Source of the DNA: Bacteroidota bacterium
GTDB lineage: Bacteria > Bacteroidota > Bacteroidia > Bacteroidales > JAAUTT01
Direction of reading: 5' to 3'
DNA: 64,000 nucleotides
Assembly: GCA_021779665.1 (NCBI GenBank)
Contig: JAJYAG010000001.1
Coordinates: forward strand, 67,396 to 131,395
Each line of letters begins with the position of its first letter. Position 1 is the first letter of the stretch. A program made the position numbers and the translations under genes. The notes beneath the pieces were generated by a model. That model was not told the origin of the DNA, did no database searches, and was given only the letters and a program-made list of their open reading frames with translations. This document shows positions 47,576-56,934 of the stretch, in pieces.

Positions 47576-50449
47576 TTAGAGACTTACCTTTATCGAAATT
47601 CCAACACTACTTACCGCCGGCATATTGAAAAGATCCAGTCCACCAGTATTCGATTTCTTCCAGAGGGTTATATTCGGATCGGAGCCGCTATAGCTGGTAA
47701 TGAGTAACGGATTGCGGATGAAAACCGAGATTTCAGGTTTAAAATCACGCATTCTGTAAAATTTATAACTTACTGATATCTCACGGATCCTGAACCAGGA
47801 GGCATTTTCAACCGCATCTTCTGCAACACCGGTCATGCCGTAGCGATACCAGCGATTCTGCTGCAGGGATCGGGTGGGATTGGCAAAATCAACCGGTGTA
47901 GTATTTACAGTGCCATCCTCCTTTACTCCCGGAAAAATATATTCCAGTACCTTCCGCCCTTCAACAGTCTTTTCCGACAAACCCAGGTACGATAAAACAT
48001 TACCCGTGCCGTTCCAAACCTGTCCCCCGTGCCTGTATTCCATTAAGATACTTGTAGTAAAGCTGCCCAAAAAAATTGTCGGTTCGAAACCTATTGTAAA
48101 ATCGGGTTGAGGATTGGCAATCACTTTCAGGTTATCATCCACAAGCGGATAACCATCTTCTCCGATAATCAATTTCCCATTATCATCTCTTCTCCAGGAA
48201 GTTCCAACCACCACACCTGCAGGATATCCTTTTATCAGCGAGGTATGCACATCGGCATAACCGCCTAAGGGAATCTCACGGTTGTTTCCATAAATATTGG
48301 TAACTACAGATTTATAGCTGTCGAAAATAAAACGAAACTGAGAGGACCTGTTGTTGTACACGAAGTTCTGGTAGATTAGAATTTCTGCTTCTATTCCGCG
48401 CGTTCTGGTGGACGCCAGATTCTTCACCAGCACTTCCCCATTTTCCAAAACCGGGAACATTGCATTGGTGGTTTTGTGCTCATAAAAATCAATATCGAGC
48501 GAAATCTTATTATTCAAAAAACCAAATTCTCCACCTGCATCTTTCTTTTCAACCTTTTCGGGAGTAAGACCCAGGTTGGGAATTATTTCGTGCTCAAAAA
48601 GGGTATTGTAAAAATCGGATGAGCGGATGTTCTGAAAGTTATATTTACCAAAAGAACTGTTCATGGCTGCAAAAGAATAATTATATCCCCAGTTGGCTTT
48701 CAGCTTTATTCGTTCAACAAAGCCATGTATTCTGAAGATATCATCAATATTGAAGCCCAATGCATATGTCGGAGCATAAAGCATTTTGTTTCCGTGATAG
48801 TGATTATTTCCACTGAAGTTGTGTGTCATTTTAAGCAATATCCCTTTTCGGAAAGTCAGATTTGAATTCCAGTTTATACTATGTTCTTCGCGGGAAAGAC
48901 TATAGTTTGTTTTTGTAAGTATTTCATCAGACAAAACTTCATCTCTGCGCGCCAATTCTGAATTCACACTGTAATATTCGTACCTTAGCGAAGAGCTTAA
49001 ATCAGCATATCTGAAATATTTGTTCAGGTTAATGCCTGTGGCGGATAAAAAAGACTCCAGCGAACCATTACGGAAAGTATTTGCTGTTTCGTCCATGCCA
49101 ACAGGCACAGATAAAAACCCGGTGTAAACTTTATTTTTTTGGTTTTGATATCTGAAGTCGGTAAAAACTGAAAACTGGCCGGACAGTTTGTATTCAAGAT
49201 TTAACACGCTGTTGATGGATTGCTGGTTCTCCTTATCCTGCATATTATGAAGCAACCAGTAAGGGTGGTTAACTTTACCCGCTGCATAGCTCCTTTGTGT
49301 CCCATTCTCCAGCTGATATGTTTCGGAGGAGTTATATGCATCTCTGGCTTTTTTACCTCCGGTTATATCAAAACTAGGTGGTGATGTTAATATGGAAGCT
49401 ATTACCAGGGTGCTGTTAGGAGAACCGTCGAGGTAGTTGCTTTTTAAATTATCGATGGTAAGTTGTCCTCCAATTTTGAACCTGCCATATACGCGCTTTA
49501 ATTTCAAATCGACAATATTCCCATTACTTTTTTGTCCGGCTAAGATACCCTTGTTTAACTGGTTGCTGAGCGCTATCGAATATTCTTTGCGCTCCGTTTT
49601 AAGAAAAATTTTCAGACTGTTGATATAAGTAAAGCCATTGCAAAATGCTTTTGACGGATCGTAACTCCGGGCCGGATTTCCGTTTCCGGTATTTTTGGGT
49701 ACCAGGCGGCCGTTGGAATCATAATCCCAGCTACTTCCATCAAATTCGAAGTTTTGAAGATTGGGTCCCCAGCTTAGTATTTCGCCGGTTTCGGGCGATT
49801 GCCACTGCGAGGTTCCATTAACCGGCCTTCCCTGTGCAAAACTGCTCTGTAATTTTGGCAACCGGGTATGGTGTTCTGTTGAAACCGAGGTAAAATAAGA
49901 AACATGCGGAATCCGGATGTATTCATCCCTGACCATATTGATCCGTGCCAGATCTTTGCCAAAATCGATACTTCCAATCTTGTTAACTACCATGTCATGG
50001 TCGTGCAACCAGTTATAATCAGGATTTATTACAGAAAAGGAAGGCGTTGAGGAGGTAAACACTGCTCTTCCTTCTTCAGCAGGTAATGTGTCAGTATATT
50101 CCGGGTAAGAAACCGGTACATAACTTCTCTCAGGCTGTGGTTCACCGGAAGTTATGTTCTGACTTTGCCCCCCGGGTTCTGAGTTTTTAACCGTAACGAG
50201 CATTTCTTTGGTGCTAAAACCTATATAAGAGAATACCAGTGTGGATCCCAAAGGGGCATTAATGCTGTAGGTTCCGTTAATATCGGTTACCACACCGGTG
50301 GTGGTTCCTTTAATATTTATGCTAACTCCTATTAATGGCTCCCCGGAACTATCTTTCATGGTACCTCTAATCAAACGCATTTCCTGCGAAAAGGCCATTC
50401 TTAAAGAAAAAAGGAACAGCAGTGTTAAAATTATTTTATAAGGCTTCAT
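47576..50449 (-). CDS. SusC/RagA-like TonB-dependent outer-membrane barrel lacking a Plug domain
   Basis: Signal peptide from the ATG at 50449. CarboxypepD_reg domain (IRGTMKDSSGEPLIGVSINIKG...TDINGTYSI). Long barrel with SusC-like C-terminal strands (ISVFIRNPLLITSYSGSDPN). No TonB-box or Plug consensus between the reg domain and the barrel. Confidence 0.7.
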   Translation of the reverse strand: MKPYKIILTLLFLFSLRMAFSQEMRLIRGTMKDSSGEPLIGVSINIKGTTTGVVTDINGTYSINAPLGSTLVFSYIGFSTKEMLVTVKNSEPGGQSQNITSGEPQPERSYVPVSYPEYTDTLPAEEGRAVFTSSTPSFSVINPDYNWLHDHDMVVNKIGSIDFGKDLARINMVRDEYIRIPHVSYFTSVSTEHHTRLPKLQSSFAQGRPVNGTSQWQSPETGEILSWGPNLQNFEFDGSSWDYDSNGRLVPKNTGNGNPARSYDPSKAFCNGFTYINSLKIFLKTERKEYSIALSNQLNKGILAGQKSNGNIVDLKLKRVYGRFKIGGQLTIDNLKSNYLDGSPNSTLVIASILTSPPSFDITGGKKARDAYNSSETYQLENGTQRSYAAGKVNHPYWLLHNMQDKENQQSINSVLNLEYKLSGQFSVFTDFRYQNQKNKVYTGFLSVPVGMDETANTFRNGSLESFLSATGINLNKYFRYADLSSSLRYEYYSVNSELARRDEVLSDEILTKTNYSLSREEHSINWNSNLTFRKGILLKMTHNFSGNNHYHGNKMLYAPTYALGFNIDDIFRIHGFVERIKLKANWGYNYSFAAMNSSFGKYNFQNIRSSDFYNTLFEHEIIPNLGLTPEKVEKKDAGGEFGFLNNKISLDIDFYEHKTTNAMFPVLENGEVLVKNLASTRTRGIEAEILIYQNFVYNNRSSQFRFIFDSYKSVVTNIYGNNREIPLGGYADVHTSLIKGYPAGVVVGTSWRRDDNGKLIIGEDGYPLVDDNLKVIANPQPDFTIGFEPTIFLGSFTTSILMEYRHGGQVWNGTGNVLSYLGLSEKTVEGRKVLEYIFPGVKEDGTVNTTPVDFANPTRSLQQNRWYRYGMTGVAEDAVENASWFRIREISVSYKFYRMRDFKPEISVFIRNPLLITSYSGSDPNITLWKKSNTGGLDLFNMPAVSSVGISIKVSL

Positions 50450-50601
50450 GGTTAAAATTTTTGGTTCACACTTAGGATGAAGCTCAAAAATTTGTCCCCT
50501 AAAAAATGAATAAAAAAAGTTCAATTCAGCCGCAAGAAATTGTAACTTTCGTTGTCAAACATTCAATTTACTTCCATAATTAACTTCTAAACTATCTAAA
50601 C

Positions 50602-51111
50602 ATGAAAAGTAATTTTTTAAAGCCAACCACCTTGATTTTTGTAAGTCTTCTGTTTTTTACAGCTTTTACAGTTTCAGCCCAGAAGCCAAGCTTTGGAGGA
50701 ACCTGGAATCTGAATCAGGAAAAAAGTCAGTTGGGCGAAGGTCCGGGCAGACGCGCTGCTGCCAAAATTGTTATCAACGAAATTGAAAGCAGCATGATAG
50801 TCGAACGTACTTCTACTCGTCAATCGGGCGAAACCATGACCACAAAAGAAATTTATAACCTTACCGGAACTGAGACTGATAACTCCACCGAAAACAGGAA
50901 GAAAAAATCAGTAGCCTCCTGGTCGGCCGACAGCAAGGAACTCACCATTAAATCGACCACCACATTTGAACGCGATGGCAACAGCATGGAAATGAAATCG
51001 ACCGAGGTTTATAAAATAAGCGACGATAAAAAAACGTTAACAATAGATAACACGATGAGCTCGCAGCGGGGCGATTTTAAAACCACACTGGTTTACGACC
51101 TCGCTCAATAA
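50602..51111 (+). CDS. secreted hypothetical protein, paralog of 4196..4711
   Basis: Signal peptide ...FTVSAQKP. Shares blocks with 4196..4711. Confidence 0.6.
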   Translation: MKSNFLKPTTLIFVSLLFFTAFTVSAQKPSFGGTWNLNQEKSQLGEGPGRRAAAKIVINEIESSMIVERTSTRQSGETMTTKEIYNLTGTETDNSTENRKKKSVASWSADSKELTIKSTTTFERDGNSMEMKSTEVYKISDDKKTLTIDNTMSSQRGDFKTTLVYDLAQ

Positions 51112-51225
51112 TACTCAACCTTTGTATTAACGCTATTTAAGCCTTGCATCGGATGGTGCAGGGCTTTATTTTTAAACAAAAAAGCCGTATTATGCTTTAT
51201 ATAGGTAAACTTTAAACCTTTAAGC

Positions 51226-51903
51226 ATGGCAAACAGATTAATGGATCCCATTGGCCGCCTGATGGGATTGCGGTATAAGTCACATCCCTGGCATGGAGTG
51301 GATATTGGTCCCGATGCTCCCCACCTCATCACCTGCTTTATCGAAATGGTTCCTACAGATACCGTAAAATACGAAGTGGACAAGGTTACCGGCTATTTAC
51401 GTATTGACAGGCCCCAGAAATACTCCAACGTGGTGCCAGCCTTATATGGATTTATCCCTCAAACATATTCCGGGCAGCGTGTTGCCGAGTTTGCCATGAG
51501 CAAGACAGAACGCACCGGAATTACAGGTGATTCGGACCCGATTGATATTTGTATCCTGACAGAAAAGGAAATAACCCACGGCGATATAATTCTGCGCTGC
51601 CGGCCCATTGGCGGTTTTAGAATGATTGACGGGAATGAGGCTGACGATAAAATTATCGGGGTATTGTATGGCGATGCTGTATATGGAGATTATAAAGATA
51701 TTAACGATGTTCCCGAACTTGTGATCGACCGTTTGAAACATTATTTTTTAACCTACAAGGATTTACCAGGTAATAAAGCCAATACTGAGATTACCCATAC
51801 TTATAATATAACAGAGGCCCACGAACTTATTCAATGTTCTATGGAAGACTATCAGAATAAATTCGCAAGCCTGGATAAAATTTTGTCGTCGGCAACGAGC
51901 TGA
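51226..51903 (+). CDS. ppa: inorganic pyrophosphatase (family I)
   Basis: HPWHG motif, EMVPTDTVKYEVDK, DSDPIDIC (DxDPxD). Confidence 0.8.
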   Translation: MANRLMDPIGRLMGLRYKSHPWHGVDIGPDAPHLITCFIEMVPTDTVKYEVDKVTGYLRIDRPQKYSNVVPALYGFIPQTYSGQRVAEFAMSKTERTGITGDSDPIDICILTEKEITHGDIILRCRPIGGFRMIDGNEADDKIIGVLYGDAVYGDYKDINDVPELVIDRLKHYFLTYKDLPGNKANTEITHTYNITEAHELIQCSMEDYQNKFASLDKILSSATS

Positions 51904-51916
51904 AAGGGTTGCGCAT

Positions 51917-51993
51917 GTTTCGGGTTACGCGTTACACGTTAATACTCGTAACAAATTTTTTGACCCGAAACCCGTAACCTCGTAACCCGAAAC
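51917..51993. repeat. complex inverted repeat between convergent ppa and SDR genes
   Basis: GTTTCGGGTTACG (51917..51929) pairs with CGTAACCCGAAAC (51981..51993). Internal CCCGAAACCCGTAAC direct repeats. Confidence 0.5.
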
Positions 51994-52008
51994 GCATTAA
52001 CCCGGCTC

Positions 52009-52662
52009 CTACCAGCTTTTCTTTTTTCCTTTATACCAGAAATAACCTGAATCGACTTTCGAAACAGCCAGATCATATAATTCATTGGCCACTTCTTCGG
52101 GATCGCGGGCTGCTTTTTCTCCGCCCATATCGGTTTTTACCCAACCCGGATCAATGGATGATACTCTGATATCGATTTCATTTAAACGACCGGCCAGCAC
52201 TCTTGTATACATGTTTACGGCTGCTTTCGAAACCCGGTAAGCCGGATAAAATCCATTGATAGTACCTTCAATAGAACCTAACCCGGAGGAAATATTAATG
52301 ATATGTCCTCCCGTGGGAACGATATGAAGAATGCTCTCAGTAAAGTTAATAAGGCCAATAACATTGACATTTATTGTTTTCTGAAGGTCTTCGTACGAAT
52401 ATTCCTCGCCTTTTTCGAGCAGAATTCCTGCACTGTTAATCAGCACATCAACCGGTTGAGCATTTTTCTTTATGAACTCTTTAAACCTGTTGACGCTTTC
52501 GATATCGGAAACATCCAGCTTTTCGTAGAAAAACCGCGGATGAACCAATGGGGATACTCCCGATTGACTACCTCCCAATACCTGCCATCCTTTTTCAAGA
52601 AATTTCTCGGCGGTGGCTTTGCCGATTCCACGGCCTACACCTGTGATTACGACTGTGCTCAT
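52009..52662 (-). CDS. SDR family oxidoreductase
   Basis: N-terminal TGVGRGIGKA Rossmann motif. 217 aa. Confidence 0.8.
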   Translation of the reverse strand: MSTVVITGVGRGIGKATAEKFLEKGWQVLGGSQSGVSPLVHPRFFYEKLDVSDIESVNRFKEFIKKNAQPVDVLINSAGILLEKGEEYSYEDLQKTINVNVIGLINFTESILHIVPTGGHIINISSGLGSIEGTINGFYPAYRVSKAAVNMYTRVLAGRLNEIDIRVSSIDPGWVKTDMGGEKAARDPEEVANELYDLAVSKVDSGYFWYKGKKKSW

Positions 52663-52811
52663 TGATGTTTATTTATTAGTTAATAGAAAAACACTTTTAA
52701 ATAATAACGGTTCAAACAAAACACCTGTAGTTAGAATATAAAGATAAGAAAAATAGGGTAAAACCGGTTTGGGGAATTTAATTTTCATCAAACCTTAAAA
52801 AACCGCTAATT

Positions 52812-53288
52812 ATGAAACCAAGTCTGAAACGCCGCGAATTTTTATCATCGTCCTTTAAAGCAGGTATTGTCACCTGTGGCCTGATGCTTTCAGGAAAACT
52901 AAATGCATTCACGCTTCCCGATGAAAAACCTGACCTGAAAAAACTGAATTATTGCGGATATCAATGTCCTGCCGACTGCAAAGTGAAACAAGCCACTGTT
53001 GAAAATAACGGGGAACTCAAGAAAGAAGCCTACAAACTTTGGCGAATCAAGGAAAAGTATAACACAGAGTTCGATGCTGAAAAAATGTTCTGCTGGGGCT
53101 GTAAAACCGAAGGAAAACCATTAGGTATTATTACAAGTAACTGCACGGTGCGCAGTTGTGCCATTTCCAAAAAATATGATTGCTGCCTCGAATGTAAGGA
53201 TTTATCCAGCTGTGACAAAGAAATATGGAAGACATTTCCGAAGTTCAGAGAAAGCATGCTGGAGCTGCAAAAGAAATATTTTTCGTAA
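52812..53288 (+). CDS. Cys-rich protein with a twin-arginine-like signal (possibly DUF3795-like)
   Basis: RREFLSSSFKAGIV signal, then multiple CxxC-type clusters (CGYQCPADC; CWGCK; CTVRSC; CCLECKDLSSC). Confidence 0.45.
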   Translation: MKPSLKRREFLSSSFKAGIVTCGLMLSGKLNAFTLPDEKPDLKKLNYCGYQCPADCKVKQATVENNGELKKEAYKLWRIKEKYNTEFDAEKMFCWGCKTEGKPLGIITSNCTVRSCAISKKYDCCLECKDLSSCDKEIWKTFPKFRESMLELQKKYFS

Positions 53289-53334
53289 GAATTTTTAAAT
53301 TTGCTTTTGTCTCCGTCACCCGAATTTTGTTAGC

Positions 53335-53919
53335 ATGACTCAAAAAATAGCAAGGATAATTTCAATCTTAGGCCATCCTTTTTTAACAATCCCGATGTAT
53401 ACGCTTATCATTACTTTCAGCTTGATGGAGGTACGCAAAGCTATATTTATCTCTCTTACAATTATAGGTGGCTTTTTTATACCCATTTCGCTGTGGAATT
53501 TTATTAAAACGCGGAAAGGAAGTTATACCAACTTTGATGTATCGGACCAGAAGCAAAGAAATTCAATGTATCTTTTTGCAATACCAGCCTTGTTGCTGGT
53601 ATTGGCTGTTTTCTATTTCACCAGGCAGTCGCACAACCTGATTCTCGTGATCGTGTTTGCCTTGATCCTGCTCACACTCTCCTACGCAGTTAATTTTTTC
53701 ATCAAATGTTCCGGGCATGCATCCATGACAATATTTCTTTCGTTTCTGGTTCTGCCTGTAAGCTTTACTTCAGCAATAATTATGCTGGTTTGCGCTATTG
53801 CAATTGGCTGGTCGCGACTTGAGCTAAAAAGACATACTTTTGCAGAAGTTATAACCGGAATTTTCCTCGGATTAGCAATTGGTTTTCCAATGCTGTTTTT
53901 CCAGGGTTATTTTAAATAG
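53335..53919 (+). CDS. PAP2-family membrane phosphatase
   Basis: Membrane protein with PAP2-like motifs (KCSGHAS ... SRLELKRHTFAEV). Confidence 0.55.
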   Translation: MTQKIARIISILGHPFLTIPMYTLIITFSLMEVRKAIFISLTIIGGFFIPISLWNFIKTRKGSYTNFDVSDQKQRNSMYLFAIPALLLVLAVFYFTRQSHNLILVIVFALILLTLSYAVNFFIKCSGHASMTIFLSFLVLPVSFTSAIIMLVCAIAIGWSRLELKRHTFAEVITGIFLGLAIGFPMLFFQGYFK

Positions 53920-53924
53920 AAACT

Positions 53925-54494
53925 ATGCAGGAAATTTGTATCGACGAGCAGTTCAATAATCTTGATTTCACCCAAAAAGCTCCTCCCTCGCGCGATTTTG
54001 ATGGTTGCAGCTTTACCGGATGTAATTTCAATGGTATTAATATATCGTCATTTAACTTTATCGATTGTACTTTTACGAACTGTAACTTCAGTATGGTGAA
54101 TATTGCAGGAACAAGCTTCAAAAATGCAGTTTTTACCGATTGTAAACTTATGGGAGTCGACTTTGGCAAATGCAACGATTTGCTTCTTTCGTTTACATTT
54201 GTCCGTTGTCAGCTCGACTATGCATTTTTCTACAAGAAAAAGCTTAAGAAAACCCAATTTAAGGAATGTAGTATCCAAGAAGCCAATTTTACCGAATCCG
54301 ATTTAAGTTTATCTGTGTTCCAGAAATGCGATTTATCGCGGACCACCTTCGACCGGACAAACTTATCAGGCGCAGATCTCCGGTCGGCATTCAATTATTC
54401 AATAGATCCTGAAAGTAATCAGATTAAAAAAGCTAAATTTTCGCTCGAAGGCATCAGAGGCTTGCTTGAAAAATACGATATTGAAATATCCTGA
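53925..54494 (+). CDS. pentapeptide-repeat protein
   Basis: Tandem A(D/N)LxF-type pentapeptides (CSFTGCNFNGINISSFNFIDCTFTNCNFSMVNIAG...). Confidence 0.75.
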   Translation: MQEICIDEQFNNLDFTQKAPPSRDFDGCSFTGCNFNGINISSFNFIDCTFTNCNFSMVNIAGTSFKNAVFTDCKLMGVDFGKCNDLLLSFTFVRCQLDYAFFYKKKLKKTQFKECSIQEANFTESDLSLSVFQKCDLSRTTFDRTNLSGADLRSAFNYSIDPESNQIKKAKFSLEGIRGLLEKYDIEIS

Positions 54495-54600
54495 CCACAG
54501 TCCTCAGACCTCAGTCGACAGCTAACAGCCCATGCACTTGTATGCCCTGAATTCTGGATTGGCTGTGGTCTGTGGACCGTCGACTGTCGACTTTTATTTT
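54490..54600. repeat. same palindromic repeat family (copy C)
   Basis: GACCACAGTCCTCAGACCTCAGTCGACAGCTAACAGCCCA ... CTGTGGTCTGTGGACCGTCGACTGTCGAC. The arms are mutually complementary (long hairpin), followed by a T-run. Confidence 0.6.
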
Positions 54601-54696
54601 TTTTCATCAAATCTTACACCCAAATCACTTTATTTATATCTTTAGACCTACAAAACCTAATTTAATTTTTATAAACAAACCTAATTCTAGCCAACT

Positions 54697-55266
54697 ATGG
54701 AATTTTTTCAAACCATGGAGCCCTTGCTAAAAACATTGTGGTTTATTGCAATGCCTGTAACTCTGATTTTCCTGGTACAAGTTATTATGACTTTTATCGG
54801 GATGGATGCCACCGACGGTTTGCATTCTGACTTTGGAGGAGATGTTGATGCTTCCGATCACGGGAGTTTTCAGTTATTTTCCGTACGTAACCTGACAAAC
54901 TTTTTGCTGTCCTTCAGCTGGTCGGGTATTACGCTCTATAACACAATACACAGCTCAACGTTGCTGGTTGTTGTTTCCTTCCTGATAGGTGCCGGATTTG
55001 TAGCTTTGTTCTTTTTTGTAATGCGTGCCCTCCATAAACTATCAGAGGATAATACCTTTAAATTATCGCTTGCCGTTGGAAAAACAGCATCTGTGTACAT
55101 CGGGATTCCCGCACAGAAAAAAGGGACCGGAAAAGTACAGGTGAGCGTAAACGGATCGGTTCACGAAATTGAAGCCATTACCGAACACGAAAAAATTGAA
55201 TCGGGCTCTATGGTCCGCGTTAACGAAGTAATTAATAACAACATCCTTTTAGTAGAAAAACTCTAA
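54697..55266 (+). CDS. NfeD-like / YqiJ-like membrane protein (flotillin partner)
   Basis: TM helices plus a C-terminal OB-like beta domain (GTGKVQVSVNGSVHEIEAITEHEKIESGSMVRV). Directly upstream of the flotillin gene. Confidence 0.6.
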   Translation: MEFFQTMEPLLKTLWFIAMPVTLIFLVQVIMTFIGMDATDGLHSDFGGDVDASDHGSFQLFSVRNLTNFLLSFSWSGITLYNTIHSSTLLVVVSFLIGAGFVALFFFVMRALHKLSEDNTFKLSLAVGKTASVYIGIPAQKKGTGKVQVSVNGSVHEIEAITEHEKIESGSMVRVNEVINNNILLVEKL

Positions 55267-55281
55267 CCTAACTTTTATCTT

Positions 55282-56799
55282 ATGTTTTCAAACCCAGTTC
55301 TTTTAATTGCAATTCTTGTTGTTGCATTCTTTTTATTGGTTTCGGCCTTATTGGCCCGCTTTAAAAGATGTCCGTCCGACAAAATTTTAGTGATTTATGG
55401 TAAAACAGGTGGCAGCTCTGCCCGCTGCGTTCATGGTGGTGGTGTATTTATCTGGCCTGTAATTCAGGATTATGCTTTTCTCGATCTGAAACCTATTTCC
55501 ATCGAAGCTAATCTTACCAACGCGCTCAGCCGCCAGAATATCCGTGTGGATGTTCCATGTCGTTTTACCGTTGGTATTTCTACCGAATCGGATAGTATGA
55601 ACAATGCAGCAGAACGTCTGCTTGGCCTTTCATCCGATCAGATTCAGGAACTCTCGAAAGATATCCTTTTTGGTCAGCTGCGTTTGGTTATTGCCACAAT
55701 GACCATTGAAGAAATCAACTCCGACCGTGATAAATTTCTCGACAACATTTCGAAAAACGTTGATACCGAGCTGAAGAAAATCGGCCTGAAACTTATCAAC
55801 GTAAACGTAACCGACATCAAGGACGAATCGGGCTACATCGAAGCTTTGGGTAAGGAAGCTGCTGCAAAAGCTATCAACGAAGCTAAAATTTCGGTTGCCG
55901 AGCAGGAAAAAATCGGGGAAACCGGTAAAGCAATGGCCGACAGAGAACGCGACACCCAGATAGCTGAAACACATCGTGATCGTGATGTAAAAATCGCCGT
56001 TACGATGAAAGACCGCGAAGTTAGTATCGCCGAAGCTGCCAAAGACGAATCGATTGGTAAAGCCGAAGCTCAAAAGTTTACCCGTATCAAAACATCTGAA
56101 GCCAACGCAATAGCTGTTAAAGGAGAAAACGAGGCCAAAATTGCCATAGCAACTTCAGATGCCCTGAGACGCGAAAAAGAAGCTGAAGCCTTAAGAGTAG
56201 CCGTAACTGCTGAAAAAGTACAGCAGGCCAAAGCTCTTGAAGAATCGTACGTTGCCGAGCAAAAGGCTGAGTTGGCCCGCTCCGAAAGAGAAAGAGCCAG
56301 TCAGATTGCCAACGTTATTGTTCACGCTGAAATTGAAAAGCAGAAATTAATTATCCAGGCACAGGCCGATGCAGAGCGTATCCGCGAAAATGCAAAAGGT
56401 GAAGCTGACGCTATTTTTGCCAAAATGGAAGCTGAAGCAAACGGTTTGTACGAAATCCTTACCAAACAGGCACAAGGTTACGAAAAAGTGGTGGATGCTG
56501 CCGGAGGCGATCCAACTAAAGCATTCCAGCTGTTGCTTATCGAAAAGCTGCCTGAGCTTGTTAAAACCCAGGTGGAAGCTGTCAAGAATATCAAAATTGA
56601 TAAAATCACCGTTTGGGACTCGGCATCGAATGGCGATGGAAACACATCCACAGCCAATTTTGTTTCGGGCATGATGAAAACCGTTCCACCGTTAAACGAC
56701 CTGTTTAATATGGCCGGTCTTAATCTTCCTACTTATCTGAAAGGTAAACCAGAAGATAACGACAATGCTCACGAAGACAAAAAAGAAGAAAATGCTTAG
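55282..56799 (+). CDS. flotillin-like SPFH/band-7 protein (YqiK-like)
   Basis: N-terminal TM and SPFH domain, then a long Ala/Glu-rich coiled-coil (EA-repeat) region. 505 aa. Confidence 0.85.
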   Translation: MFSNPVLLIAILVVAFFLLVSALLARFKRCPSDKILVIYGKTGGSSARCVHGGGVFIWPVIQDYAFLDLKPISIEANLTNALSRQNIRVDVPCRFTVGISTESDSMNNAAERLLGLSSDQIQELSKDILFGQLRLVIATMTIEEINSDRDKFLDNISKNVDTELKKIGLKLINVNVTDIKDESGYIEALGKEAAAKAINEAKISVAEQEKIGETGKAMADRERDTQIAETHRDRDVKIAVTMKDREVSIAEAAKDESIGKAEAQKFTRIKTSEANAIAVKGENEAKIAIATSDALRREKEAEALRVAVTAEKVQQAKALEESYVAEQKAELARSERERASQIANVIVHAEIEKQKLIIQAQADAERIRENAKGEADAIFAKMEAEANGLYEILTKQAQGYEKVVDAAGGDPTKAFQLLLIEKLPELVKTQVEAVKNIKIDKITVWDSASNGDGNTSTANFVSGMMKTVPPLNDLFNMAGLNLPTYLKGKPEDNDNAHEDKKEENA

Positions 56800-56820
56800 T
56801 CGGGCATTATAACTTACAAA

Positions 56821-56854
56821 AAGGCATTGACTCCAAAGGTTGATGCCTTTTTTC
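56821..56854 (+). terminator. rho-independent terminator after the flotillin gene
   Basis: AAGGCAT-loop-ATGCCTT followed by TTTTT. Confidence 0.55.
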
Positions 56855-56934
56855 TTTATGGCTTTGATTATTGATTTCAAATCAATATTTTTGGCGCTTC
56901 TAATTTTAGACTCGCATAATTAAAACTAAAGACT

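Noticed and set aside
42788-50524. Idea that the SusC-like and A2M ORFs are one frameshifted gene
   Set aside because: They are separated by a 132-nt non-coding spacer. The A2M ORF has its own signal peptide and N-terminal MG-like domains preceding the Plug, so the plug is internal to an intact A2M protein and not the displaced N-terminus of the barrel.
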